A stretch of DNA of 63,416 bases from Solirubrobacterales bacterium (GCA_040901495.1 JBBDYO010000047.1:1-63416); one strand, 5' to 3'; positions 33,746 through 42,903 are shown, counted from the stretch's first letter. The notes: a model not told the origin generated them from the letters alone. Translations and numbers: made by a program.

Positions 33746-33988
33746 ACTCAGGAAGGAGGCTCGCGGAATGACTTCCAGGATCACCACAAGATTCACTTCG
33801 AGAGGCAGGCTTGCCGGTTTGGTTCGAGACGAGGCTCCGGCCGGGACCGGCCAGAATCGCGCCGGCCGCGCCGCGCGCCGGGATGCTGGCCAAGCCAGCG
33901 CAGATGAGGCGCTCTATTACCGGGCCCGCTTGATACTTGGCGATTCCATCCCCCGCCCCGACCGCTGAGGCCAGGATGACTGATCCAA

Positions 33989-34873
33989 CTAAGGCAGTTC
34001 GCGCAGGAAGTTCGCGATCGATGGGCCGAAGTAGGGCGAGTAGAGGCGGGCGGTGCTCCTCTTCGCGTAGCTGTAGCTGGTGACCCCGTTGACGTATTCG
34101 CCCTTGATGATCCAACTGCCACCGCTGGAGCCCGCCGCCATGTCGCAGGCAGCCGGCACGGTTGGCGGCCCGAAGAAGATGTTGGTGAGAAAGTCCATGC
34201 CAAGGCCAGTGGCCCGGCAGCTGCGGAGCTCCTCGCCGCGCAGCGCAGCCGCCGGATAGCCAAAGATTTCGAAGTCGGAGCGGCGCGATTTGGACGTCGC
34301 ATATCCCCGCCCGCCGACCACGTCGGTCAGCGCTCCCGCGGAGGTCGGCTTCACCTTCAATGCCGCGACGTCGAAGTCCGGGTTTTCGCTGCGACGCCAT
34401 GGCGGCATCACGTAGATGGCCTCGGCTTCGAAGCTCCCGAACGGGCGTCGACCATGGTTGTAGGCGGGGACGAAGATGATCCGTTTGAAGCGGGCCCCCC
34501 GCTCCATCACGCAGTGACCGGCGGTGATCACGATCGAGCGACTTGGCGTGTTCAGCGCGGTGCCCGAGCAGGAGTACCCACTCCCGTAATGGTCCACTCC
34601 GAGGATTTTCCCATTGGTCCGCGTTCCCGCCGCTTTGGAACGCGCAACATGGATGCTGCTGGCACCGGCGATCTGACCCCCGTCAAAGCGGCTGGCCGGC
34701 GGGCGTCCGGGGACGAGCAACGGCTGGCCCGCGGACGACGCGGCGGGTCCTCCGCCCCCCAGCTCATACACGGGGATCGAAAGGGCATGCGCCGGGGCCA
34801 ACGCAAGAAAGACGAAGGCCAGCATCGCCGGAAGAGCGGCTCGTCGCAGTAAGGCTCCAGCGGCAGTCGTCAT
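33989..34873 (-). CDS. secreted trypsin-like (S1) serine peptidase, paralog of 15754-16674
   Basis: Signal peptide LPAMLAFVFLALAPAHA; ITAGHCV and GSSGGSW motifs. An alternative start is possible at 34912. Confidence 0.75.
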   Translation of the reverse strand: MTTAAGALLRRAALPAMLAFVFLALAPAHALSIPVYELGGGGPAASSAGQPLLVPGRPPASRFDGGQIAGASSIHVARSKAAGTRTNGKILGVDHYGSGYSCSGTALNTPSRSIVITAGHCVMERGARFKRIIFVPAYNHGRRPFGSFEAEAIYVMPPWRRSENPDFDVAALKVKPTSAGALTDVVGGRGYATSKSRRSDFEIFGYPAAALRGEELRSCRATGLGMDFLTNIFFGPPTVPAACDMAAGSSGGSWIIKGEYVNGVTSYSYAKRSTARLYSPYFGPSIANFLRELP

Positions 34874-35014
34874 CGCCGAGATGATGACAAACGCACCCTC
34901 ACCAAAAACCAAACTTTCTGAGCGTTTGCTTGGCCCGCAAGGAAATGGTTGCCGTGCCCCGAACTCGCGCTTAGGATTTCTTTACCTCTCCACCGCTCAC
35001 GAAAGGGTTACGCA

Positions 35015-35401
35015 ATGAACGATGAGAGCTTGATCAGTGGCTGGTGGGTTTTCGCCGGCGTGCTGCTCCTAGTCGCAGGCATCCTCAACATGATCTACGG
35101 CATCGCCGCAATCGGCGATTCGAAGTTCTTCGCCGAAGACGTCACGTTCATCCTCAGCGGCCTCAACACATGGGGATGGATCCTCTTGATCATCGGCGTG
35201 CTCGAGCTTGTCGCCGCTTTCTCCCTCTTCTCAGGTGGAGAGTTCGGTCGCTGGTTCGGCATTTTCGTCGCTTCGCTGAACGCGATCGGGGCACTGCTCT
35301 CGATCCCCGCCTATCCGTTCTGGTCGCTGGCGATCTTCGCCCTCTCGATCATCATCATCTACAAGCTGGCCGAGGGCCCAGAAGGCGGGCCGGTTGCCTG
35401 A
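35015..35401 (+). CDS. HdeD/DUF308-family membrane protein
   Basis: 128 aa with four helices and a WWVFAGVLLLVAGILNMIYGI pattern typical of DUF308. Confidence 0.6.
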   Translation: MNDESLISGWWVFAGVLLLVAGILNMIYGIAAIGDSKFFAEDVTFILSGLNTWGWILLIIGVLELVAAFSLFSGGEFGRWFGIFVASLNAIGALLSIPAYPFWSLAIFALSIIIIYKLAEGPEGGPVA

Positions 35402-35405
35402 CGGG

Positions 35406-36491
35406 TCAGCCGCTTAGCGGCGGGCCAGATACATGCTGCGGACGAAGGCCCTGGGAACCCGGGGCCTTCGTCGTTGCGGCCTCCTCGGCCGACCCAGCCG
35501 GCTCCGCGAGGTCGAGGGTCGACCATGGCGCCGGGGTCGTCTCGCGACCCTCGTAGAGCACGTCGACCTTGGCGAGCCGGTCCTGCCAGCCGCGGCGGCG
35601 CGCGTCGAAGAGGATCCCGAGGAAGCCGAGGCCGAAGGGGATGGCCGCCAGCCAGAGGCCGAGCAGGCGCAAGAAGGAGCGGCGCGGCTGCAGTCCGCGC
35701 CCCTCGACGCCCAGTCTGATGCCAAAGAAGCGCATGCCGGGCGTCTGCCCAGCCAGCGACCAGAAGGCCACCAGGTAGAGAGACCCGAGCGCGAGCCAGG
35801 CGCTCGTGCCAAGCGCCAGGGCGAGGCCGGACACGTTGCCCGCGTCCCCCGAGAAGAACGAGCCGATCAGCGCCGCAATCGCCGCCATGCCCGAGAAGAC
35901 GAGGTTGACGATCAGCCCGTCGAGCGCAAAGGCGAGGGCTCTGGTCACCGCGCCGGCGCGCTCGGTCGCCTCTGCGCGCCGGGGACGGAAGAAGACTCGG
36001 CGCACGATCCGCTCCAGCGCCCCGTCCAAGCGGCGGGTCGTCTCGCCGATCGTGTGGCCGATGTCCTCGATGAAGCCGACGCTCTGGGCGCTGATCGCCG
36101 CGCGCAGCTCCGGCGCCTCGGCGATCCGCTCGACCAGCCGCTGGGCCTCATCGCTGGCCAGCAGCCGCTGCCACACCTCATCGACGAGCTCGCTGTCAAG
36201 CGCGTCGATCAACGCCCGCTTGACGGCCTCGCTTTCCAGCGCACCCTGGACGGCGTCCTCGACCACCGGACCCTGCAGCACCCGCACAAGCGCTCGTTCG
36301 ACCGCCTCGCTTTGGACGGCGGCGACCATCGCCTCCTCGGCGGCGGCCTCGACAGCTCGGTCGATGCCGGCTGCCTTGGTCACGTTGCGGGCACTGCGCA
36401 CCCCAGCGCCGAGCAGGCGAACCGAGAGCGGCAGCGGCCTGCCGGAGGGCCCGTCGCCCGACAGCGGGTCCCGTGAGGAAGGCTCGGCCAT
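35406..36491 (-). CDS. RDD-family membrane protein with helical N-terminal domain
   Basis: The C-terminal region with ALDGLIVNLVF and TPGMRFFGIRL resembles the RDD domain. The N-terminal half is Ala/Glu-rich helical repeats. Confidence 0.55.
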   Translation of the reverse strand: MAEPSSRDPLSGDGPSGRPLPLSVRLLGAGVRSARNVTKAAGIDRAVEAAAEEAMVAAVQSEAVERALVRVLQGPVVEDAVQGALESEAVKRALIDALDSELVDEVWQRLLASDEAQRLVERIAEAPELRAAISAQSVGFIEDIGHTIGETTRRLDGALERIVRRVFFRPRRAEATERAGAVTRALAFALDGLIVNLVFSGMAAIAALIGSFFSGDAGNVSGLALALGTSAWLALGSLYLVAFWSLAGQTPGMRFFGIRLGVEGRGLQPRRSFLRLLGLWLAAIPFGLGFLGILFDARRRGWQDRLAKVDVLYEGRETTPAPWSTLDLAEPAGSAEEAATTKAPGSQGLRPQHVSGPPLSG

Positions 36492-36884
36492 CTAGGGCAG
36501 CCCCTCGGCGGGATCCATCGGGTGAAGCTCGCCCCTCTCCAGGGCTTCGGTGCGCAGATGCCCGACCGCCTGGTACTCGGTCGAGCCGATCATGTCGAGG
36601 AAAGCCTGGCGGGTCGGGTACTCGACCAGGGCGACCATGTCCCATCCGTCCCCACCGAGCAGCGGTGACGCAGTCTCGCCGACGAAGACGATCCGGCCTC
36701 CCACCTTCTCCAGCAGCGGGGCCACGGCGTCGCCGTATTCCTCGTAGCGCTCACGCCCTCCGTCGGGCTTGAAGCTGAGCAGGTTCAGCATCACCACCGG
36801 GGCGTCCTCAGCGGCGCGGCCGGCAAACGCCGCAAACCCCTCCTGGTTCAAGAGCTCGGGCTCGGGTTGAGTCGCTGCGTCCAC
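36492..36884 (-). CDS. DUF1330 domain protein
   Basis: MLNLLSFKPDGGRERYEEYGDAVAPLLEKVGGRIVF matches the DUF1330 pattern. GTG start at 36884 preceded by GAGAGGAAG. Confidence 0.6.
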   Translation of the reverse strand: MDAATQPEPELLNQEGFAAFAGRAAEDAPVVMLNLLSFKPDGGRERYEEYGDAVAPLLEKVGGRIVFVGETASPLLGGDGWDMVALVEYPTRQAFLDMIGSTEYQAVGHLRTEALERGELHPMDPAEGLP

Positions 36885-36948
36885 GCCGCTTCCTCTCTTT
36901 CGCGACCTCGGCGTTACGGCTGGGGCGAGTATACGTTCGCGCCGGCCT

Positions 36949-37467
36949 TCACCGGGAAGCGCGAAGGTGGTCGAGCAGGCGGTCGACGAACTCGTCCTGC
37001 GCGGCGATGATCTTCTGGCGCGCCTCATCGGGGGTGAACCACTCAGCCCGATCGACCTCCGGGAACTCGCGCTCGACCCCGGAGCGCGGCGGCCACTCCA
37101 TCGCAAACGTGTTGCTGTCGAGCCTTGCGGGATCGAACTCTCCCTCGGCCGCCCAGGCATGGACGACTTTGCCGCCTTTCTGCTGCACCGACCCCAGCTC
37201 GATCAGGTCGTCTACACAGAGCTCGGGGGGCGCGCCCAGCTCCTCGACGAACTCGCGCAATGCGCACTGGTGGAGCTTCTCTCCGTCCTCACAAACACCC
37301 TTCGGGATCGACCACGCCCCCAGGTCTTTCTTCGCCCAGTAGGGGCCCCCGGGGTGGATGAGAAGCATTTCCGGCTCCCCTTTCACCACCCGGAAGAGAA
37401 GGATCCCAGCGCTGGTGGGCACCCGCGCTACCCGCGGCTCACGTGTCGCGAACCCATCCGGGCGCAA
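36949..37467 (-). CDS. NUDIX hydrolase
   Basis: Nudix box GVCEDGEKLHQCALREFVEELG. Confidence 0.8.
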   Translation of the reverse strand: MRPDGFATREPRVARVPTSAGILLFRVVKGEPEMLLIHPGGPYWAKKDLGAWSIPKGVCEDGEKLHQCALREFVEELGAPPELCVDDLIELGSVQQKGGKVVHAWAAEGEFDPARLDSNTFAMEWPPRSGVEREFPEVDRAEWFTPDEARQKIIAAQDEFVDRLLDHLRASR

Positions 37468-37549
37468 ACTTTATCCGTACGACTCCGCAAGATGCGCGCC
37501 GCTCTTCCAAAGCGTCCCCCCCAGGCGGATCCCCGAATGAAACGGCTGC

Positions 37550-40108
37550 TTAGGGGAGGATCTTAAACCTGGTCGAGCGTCGTTTCGACTTGAGGCCACC
37601 GGAGTCGGTCGCCTGAGCGATCAGTTTGTATTTCCCTGACGGCAGGGTGCCTTTTTTGCCTTTGAAGCGGCCGGTGAAGCGCACCGTCTTCTTACCGCCC
37701 TTTTTCATATTGCGGCTGAACGTCCGGACTTTCACTTTCGGCCGTTTCGGGCGCAGGCGCTTGACGGTGAACTTCACCCTCGCCGGCTCGGAAAGCGTGA
37801 AGCGAATCTTCGTGCCGCGCCGTTTTTTGGCTTTTTTGCTGGTACTGGCCAGTTTCAGTTTGGTAAATCCTTTGGCGACGGCGAATTTCCTGGGGACGAC
37901 CCGGAGTTTTTTGATCACCGGTTTGACGTTCGGCGCCGGCGCCGGGTTGACCTTCAGGTACAGCGGGATCTGGCCCTTGAGGCCATTCGAGTCGGTCGCC
38001 GTGACGTAGACGATCTGGGTGCTATCCGCGCTGGTCGTCGGATAGGTCCAGGTGTATTTCCCGCCGCCGTTGTCGGTGACGCTCCCGACCGACGAGCTCA
38101 GCGTCACCGGGTCTCCATCGCGGTCTTTGTAGGTACCGGTCACCGTCGCGGTGCCGCCTTGCGTGACCGCCAGCTCGGAGTTGTCGACGTTGACGTCGGG
38201 CCGCTCATTGCCTGCGGAGTTCGTGACTACGACCTCCGAGAGCATGCCGTTGGTGGCGTGGAAGAAGATGTGGCAGTGGAAGACCCAGCGGCCGAGCGCG
38301 CCGCCCGCGGTCGTACCGTCCGCGAGTGGCCTTGGGTCCATTTTCACTTTGTATTTCAGCGTGAACCCGCCCGGGACGTCGACGTTGTCCCTGAACTCCG
38401 GGTAGGTCCACGTGAACGTTTCGCCTCCGTTGGTCAGCTGCACCGGCTGGATCGAGAAGCCGTGCAAGTGGAACGGATGGCTCGCCGCGGTTTGGTTTTT
38501 GACTTCGAGCTGCAATACGTCGCCTTCTTTGGCGTAGCGGCTGGAGCCGAGGTGGGCAGCGTCCATGTAGTCGCCTTCCACGTCGTGGGTGCCGAATTTG
38601 CCGTCGACGCCAAGATCAACCGCTGCGTTCGCGGTGAGTTTGATGTCCTGGTTGGGAAGGCCTTCCTTGGGCGGGGTGAAGACCGCCGGGTTAAGCAGGA
38701 GCCCGGTAGGCGCACCCAGGGTCTCCACCGGGTCGCCGGTCGCGGCGCGCAGCGGTTTGCCGGCGGCGATCGCATAGGCGGGTACGACAGTCGGCCCGGC
38801 CAGGTTCAGGTGCATGACGGGAACGGTCGGGAGGTTCGAGTAGCCGAGCCCGGTGCGTTCGAAATCCTGGGTCCACAGGGTCAGCACCCCGGTGGTCGGC
38901 GCGTTGGGAATGGCTGCCACTACATCGGCCCGGGTGCCCGGCGGCAGGAGAATCTCTCCTGTTCCGTAATTTGTGACCCAGGCGCCCTGTGTACCTCCAT
39001 CTTCGACCGCGTTGTTGAGCAGGCCACCCTCGCCCCCGACCCGCACCAGCGGGACCAGCGCGCCGGCGGCGGTGGTCAGCCTGAGGCGGAAGTACCGCAC
39101 GGCCGAGGCGTTGACCAGCTGCAGACGCAACCCCTGACCCGGCTGCACGTTGAGCGTCGATGCGCCGGCTTCCAGCGCCCCCGGCGCCGCCGGGGTCCCT
39201 GCCCGCCCACCGACGTTCTTGCCGTTGGTCAGCACGGTCTGGCCCTCGTGGGTGGCTCCAGCGTGTTTGGCCGTCTGGATGTTCGGGATGTCCCCGGCCG
39301 CAAACGGCCCGCGCAGCGACCCGTTCTCGTCGATCGGGTAGGGGTTGGCGCCGACTGCTGGGCCTTCGCAAAGGTTTTTCGGGGTGGGCGGCTGCTGTTT
39401 CGGCAGCGCGCCCCCGCTGACGTGGGGAAGCGCCGGATTGTAGGTTTCGGCGTCGTTGGCCCCGGGTGCTTTGCAGACCGTCACGTCGCTGAGCACGATT
39501 GGCTTGGTCTGGCTTGCCGAGGGCAGAGTTCCGGAGGCCTGCAGGGCGGCCTCATTCGGATCCTTGACGACGATCATCCCGTAGAGGCCCTTGAAGACCT
39601 GGTTGGTCGAGGAGTGGTGGTGCGGGTGATACCAGTAGAGCCCCGGCCGGGTGACCGTGAATTTGTAGAGAAAGTTGCCCCCCGGCGCGACCTGGTTCTG
39701 AGTGAACGGAGTGCCGTCAATCCCGTTCGCCAGCTCGATCCCGTGCCAGTGGATGCCGCTCTCTTTGGTGAGGTTGTTCTGGTAGTGGACGACCACCGTG
39801 TCGCCGACGTTGAGGATGAAGGTCGGGCCGGGGATCTGGCCGTTGAAGGTCTGCGCGCGGGCCGTTTTGCCATTGCCGATCTCGACCGTCGCTTCTTCCG
39901 AGGTGAGCGTCGTTTCGACGATGTTGGCAGCGGGGTTGGTGTCGTTGACCAACGGGACGCTGTACGGGTCCCCGCCGGAGGTCGCCGAAACGAACGGGTT
40001 CAGCGCGATTAGGTAGACCGCCGACACGACCGCGACGCCTACCGCCAGTGCGGCAAATCGATGGGAACGCAGAGCATGAGCACCCGGTGCTGCGAGCCGC
40101 TGCTTCAG
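37550..40108 (-). CDS. multicopper oxidase with cadherin/Ig-like and highly basic C-terminal domains
   Basis: Copper ligand motifs HWHG, WYHPHHH, HPFHLHG and HCHIFFHATNGM. The first canonical start, GTG at 40027, truncates the signal peptide. An in-frame CTG at 40108 follows GGAGGG by 5 nt and restores the n-region. Confidence 0.8.
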   Translation of the reverse strand: MKQRLAAPGAHALRSHRFAALAVGVAVVSAVYLIALNPFVSATSGGDPYSVPLVNDTNPAANIVETTLTSEEATVEIGNGKTARAQTFNGQIPGPTFILNVGDTVVVHYQNNLTKESGIHWHGIELANGIDGTPFTQNQVAPGGNFLYKFTVTRPGLYWYHPHHHSSTNQVFKGLYGMIVVKDPNEAALQASGTLPSASQTKPIVLSDVTVCKAPGANDAETYNPALPHVSGGALPKQQPPTPKNLCEGPAVGANPYPIDENGSLRGPFAAGDIPNIQTAKHAGATHEGQTVLTNGKNVGGRAGTPAAPGALEAGASTLNVQPGQGLRLQLVNASAVRYFRLRLTTAAGALVPLVRVGGEGGLLNNAVEDGGTQGAWVTNYGTGEILLPPGTRADVVAAIPNAPTTGVLTLWTQDFERTGLGYSNLPTVPVMHLNLAGPTVVPAYAIAAGKPLRAATGDPVETLGAPTGLLLNPAVFTPPKEGLPNQDIKLTANAAVDLGVDGKFGTHDVEGDYMDAAHLGSSRYAKEGDVLQLEVKNQTAASHPFHLHGFSIQPVQLTNGGETFTWTYPEFRDNVDVPGGFTLKYKVKMDPRPLADGTTAGGALGRWVFHCHIFFHATNGMLSEVVVTNSAGNERPDVNVDNSELAVTQGGTATVTGTYKDRDGDPVTLSSSVGSVTDNGGGKYTWTYPTTSADSTQIVYVTATDSNGLKGQIPLYLKVNPAPAPNVKPVIKKLRVVPRKFAVAKGFTKLKLASTSKKAKKRRGTKIRFTLSEPARVKFTVKRLRPKRPKVKVRTFSRNMKKGGKKTVRFTGRFKGKKGTLPSGKYKLIAQATDSGGLKSKRRSTRFKILP

Positions 40109-40228
40109 TTTGACCCTCCGTATTTCCCAGCGCGAATCGTCGCGATCCGCTCAAGAAACCTTACGTGCAAAGCGCCCTCGGTGCAACCGCACCTCGACGG
40201 AACACTGAGCGACGTGCCTGCCGAGTGG

Positions 40229-42181
40229 CTAGCCGGCAGGGATCTCGAGCTGGAAGGCTCCTCGCATCCGCGTACCGTCGCGCGTATGGGCGACAACCGC
40301 GATCTCGAAGGGGCCAGCCTCGAGGTCAACGTCTGCAACGAACTTGCCCGCGTTCAGTCGCCGCACGGCCTTTTGCCGGGCCGGATCATCTCCCGCGGCG
40401 GCGGTCAGCACGAGCTGCTCAACGGGGTAGGTAGTGCCGAAGACCGTGTAGCAAGCCACATGCACCTTGCTCGGACCTGCTCGTTCGGGAACTAGCTCGA
40501 TCCGAATGTTCCCAAGCGACCCAATCAGCATCGTGTACTTGGGTGACTGCCCAGGAACGCGCAGCACCGAGAGGAACTGCTCTGAACCAGGCAGATAGAG
40601 CTCGAGCGGGACCTCGACCGCATCGTTGCTCAGCTGGACCGTCGCGTCCACGCCCCAGCGGCCGTCGAAAGCCAGGTGCGAGCCAGATCCCACATACGAA
40701 TCGTCGGGACCAGGCGTGAGCGCCAGCGAAGATGGCTCGACCCCGGGGTCATCGAGCGGGGTGAAGCGAAGGCTCACCTCATCGGCGTCCAGCGGTTCCC
40801 CGGAGTCGTAGTCCTCCACCCGAACCTCGAAGCGGTTGGGGCCGGGGTCATCGGAGGCTGCTGTCATCTCCACTTGGATGGTTGTGCCGAAGTCCGACCC
40901 CGAGACAGAAAGCCCCTGTAGCGCAGTCGATTGCCCCGAGACCGGGGGCGCCAGCGTCCCGAGCAACGCCGCGACGGCAAGCGCCACGACAGCAAGGACC
41001 AGCTCTCCGATCGAGATGCGCCGCAGGGGGTTGAGGTCCTGGGACGCGGCGGGCAGCCCACGACTGCGGTTTCGCGCCGCGAGCACGACGATCAACCCGA
41101 TCAGCAGGAACTTGGCCACAACCGCCCGCCCGTACCCGCTGTCGATCAGCTCGCCCCAGGAGGAGAGCTCGTCAACAGCGCGCAACGTCCCCGTGACGAA
41201 GACGACGACCAGCATGGCGATGGCCACACCGGCAAAGCGTCGCACCGCGGTCGCCTTCTCGGCGGATGGCTCGCCGCGAATGCCGAGCAGCAGCGCCGTC
41301 AGGCCACCAAACCAGACGCCCGCGGCGGCAAAGTGCGCCGACTGGGCCGCAACGGTGATCGCCGAGGACCAGCTGCCTGCCGCGGCGTGCCCGGCGTTGA
41401 CGTGCGCAACGATCGCGGCCAGCCCGGCGAGGAAAGCGAGGGCGAGGGAGGGGCGGCGCACCTGGGGTCGCCGCCAGGCGACGAACAGCGCTACGGCGGC
41501 GAGGCCGAGGGCCACAGCTCGCCAGATCAGGGCCCGGCCCACCGACGTATCGAGCAGCCCCCCGAGTGAGGCTCCCGCCACCCTCCGCTGGGCGTCAGCC
41601 AACAGCAGCAGGCCGACGGCCGAAACTGCCAGCCCTGCGCCGGCGAGGACAAGGTCGCTGCCAGTGGACCCGCCGAACCGGACCACCGCGGCCACCGCGC
41701 CTCCGAGCAGCGCGACGATGCCAATCAGGAAGATCCAGCGGGCGACCAGCTCGAACCGCGAGCTGGATGGCGTCGAGCTGCTCGAGGACGTGGCCGCACC
41801 TTTCGGAGAGACCCCGACGCCGAACGCGTAGGCCCCTATGGTCGCGTGCCCATCGACGGCCGAAAAGACCTTCCAGCTCACCGTGTAAACCCCCCGGGGC
41901 AGCCGCCGCACAGGCACCTCAAGCGTTAGCGGATCGTCGCCGACCGACCGCGGGCTTCCCCTCTGCTCCTCGGCGCCCCCGGAGCCGAGCACGCGAATCT
42001 CCGACAAAGAGGCCTCCGGCTGCTCCGAGAACGACAACCGCACCGCATCGGGGGCGACACCCAGCGTCGCGCCGAGGCCGGGGTCGGCGGCGATCAGCCC
42101 AGCGTGTGCCGCCGCGCTCCCGGGGAGGAGCGCCGCCAGCAACGCGGCGAAGAGCAGTGCGGTGGCGAAACGCCGGCTCAG
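40229..42181 (-). CDS. copper resistance protein CopC-CopD fusion with C-terminal Ig-like domains
   Basis: CopC start HAGLIAADPG ... VRLSFSE, an eight-plus-TM CopD-like core, and beta-rich C-terminal domains. Canonical TTG at 42142; the signal-peptide n-region (SRRFATALLFAA) is encoded upstream from a CTG at 42181. Confidence 0.75.
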   Translation of the reverse strand: MSRRFATALLFAALLAALLPGSAAAHAGLIAADPGLGATLGVAPDAVRLSFSEQPEASLSEIRVLGSGGAEEQRGSPRSVGDDPLTLEVPVRRLPRGVYTVSWKVFSAVDGHATIGAYAFGVGVSPKGAATSSSSSTPSSSRFELVARWIFLIGIVALLGGAVAAVVRFGGSTGSDLVLAGAGLAVSAVGLLLLADAQRRVAGASLGGLLDTSVGRALIWRAVALGLAAVALFVAWRRPQVRRPSLALAFLAGLAAIVAHVNAGHAAAGSWSSAITVAAQSAHFAAAGVWFGGLTALLLGIRGEPSAEKATAVRRFAGVAIAMLVVVFVTGTLRAVDELSSWGELIDSGYGRAVVAKFLLIGLIVVLAARNRSRGLPAASQDLNPLRRISIGELVLAVVALAVAALLGTLAPPVSGQSTALQGLSVSGSDFGTTIQVEMTAASDDPGPNRFEVRVEDYDSGEPLDADEVSLRFTPLDDPGVEPSSLALTPGPDDSYVGSGSHLAFDGRWGVDATVQLSNDAVEVPLELYLPGSEQFLSVLRVPGQSPKYTMLIGSLGNIRIELVPERAGPSKVHVACYTVFGTTYPVEQLVLTAAAGDDPARQKAVRRLNAGKFVADVDLEAGPFEIAVVAHTRDGTRMRGAFQLEIPAG

Positions 42182-42813
42182 GACCGGCTGCTCCTCCAGC
42201 GCTCGCGCACGACGAGCCCCAGAGCGACGGCGACAGCGAGTGCGGCGAGCGCGAGCGCCACGATCGCGGTCCTTTGGGCGCTCTCAGCCTTGTCGGTCGC
42301 CTCCTCCGCTCGAGCCGACTCGCGGGTCAGCCTCTGCGCCAATTCCCCGCCTGAGGGGTCCTTCGCCGGGAACTCCGCGCCGGAGCTGCTCTCGACGCAC
42401 TCGAAGGTCGTCTCAGAGCAGGTTGAACTCACCTCGAGCGACCGGCCCTGGAGGGTGCCGGTAACGCGAAAGGCGTAGGTGCCCGGCCGGGTTGGCACCA
42501 GCTCGGCGACCACTTCCCCCGGTCCCGCGCCCGGCACCAGCGACAGCGTCTCCGCCGCGCTGCCATAGGTGACTTCAACGGACAAAGCTCCGGTTGGGAC
42601 GGCGACCGGCGCCCCGGAGGCGTTGGACACATTCACTTCAACAAAGTTGTCCAAGCCGGTGAGGGGCGGCTCGTTGCCCCACCCCATCTCCACACGGAAC
42701 GGTCCGGACTCCGTCTCGACATGGGCCCAGGCAGAAGACGCCAAGGCCCCGACCAGCAACAGGGCAAGCACCGAGACGGCGACGAACCGCTTCCCTCCCC
42801 GCGACCGATCCAT
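42178..42813 (-). CDS. YcnI-like membrane-anchored putative copper-binding protein
   Basis: Signal peptide cleavage at AWA/HVE would leave an N-terminal His (histidine-brace style). It has a C-terminal TM helix and sits first in the copper operon. Family assignment is tentative. Confidence 0.45.
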   Translation of the reverse strand: MDRSRGGKRFVAVSVLALLLVGALASSAWAHVETESGPFRVEMGWGNEPPLTGLDNFVEVNVSNASGAPVAVPTGALSVEVTYGSAAETLSLVPGAGPGEVVAELVPTRPGTYAFRVTGTLQGRSLEVSSTCSETTFECVESSSGAEFPAKDPSGGELAQRLTRESARAEEATDKAESAQRTAIVALALAALAVAVALGLVVRERWRSSRS

Positions 42814-42903
42814 TTTCCAACCGTATGACATCAAGCACCGGCGGCTCGCTGCCAATCGGGGCGACAGGATTTGCACCCCTGCGTCAAGCAGCTCGACGCT
42901 TGA

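Noticed and set aside
40150-40175. Reading GAAAC within CTCAAGAAACC as an ECF-sigma -35 element.
   Set aside because: It is on the strand opposite the oxidase gene, with no gene downstream in that orientation. The sbp copy lacks a CGT-type -10 at the right spacing.
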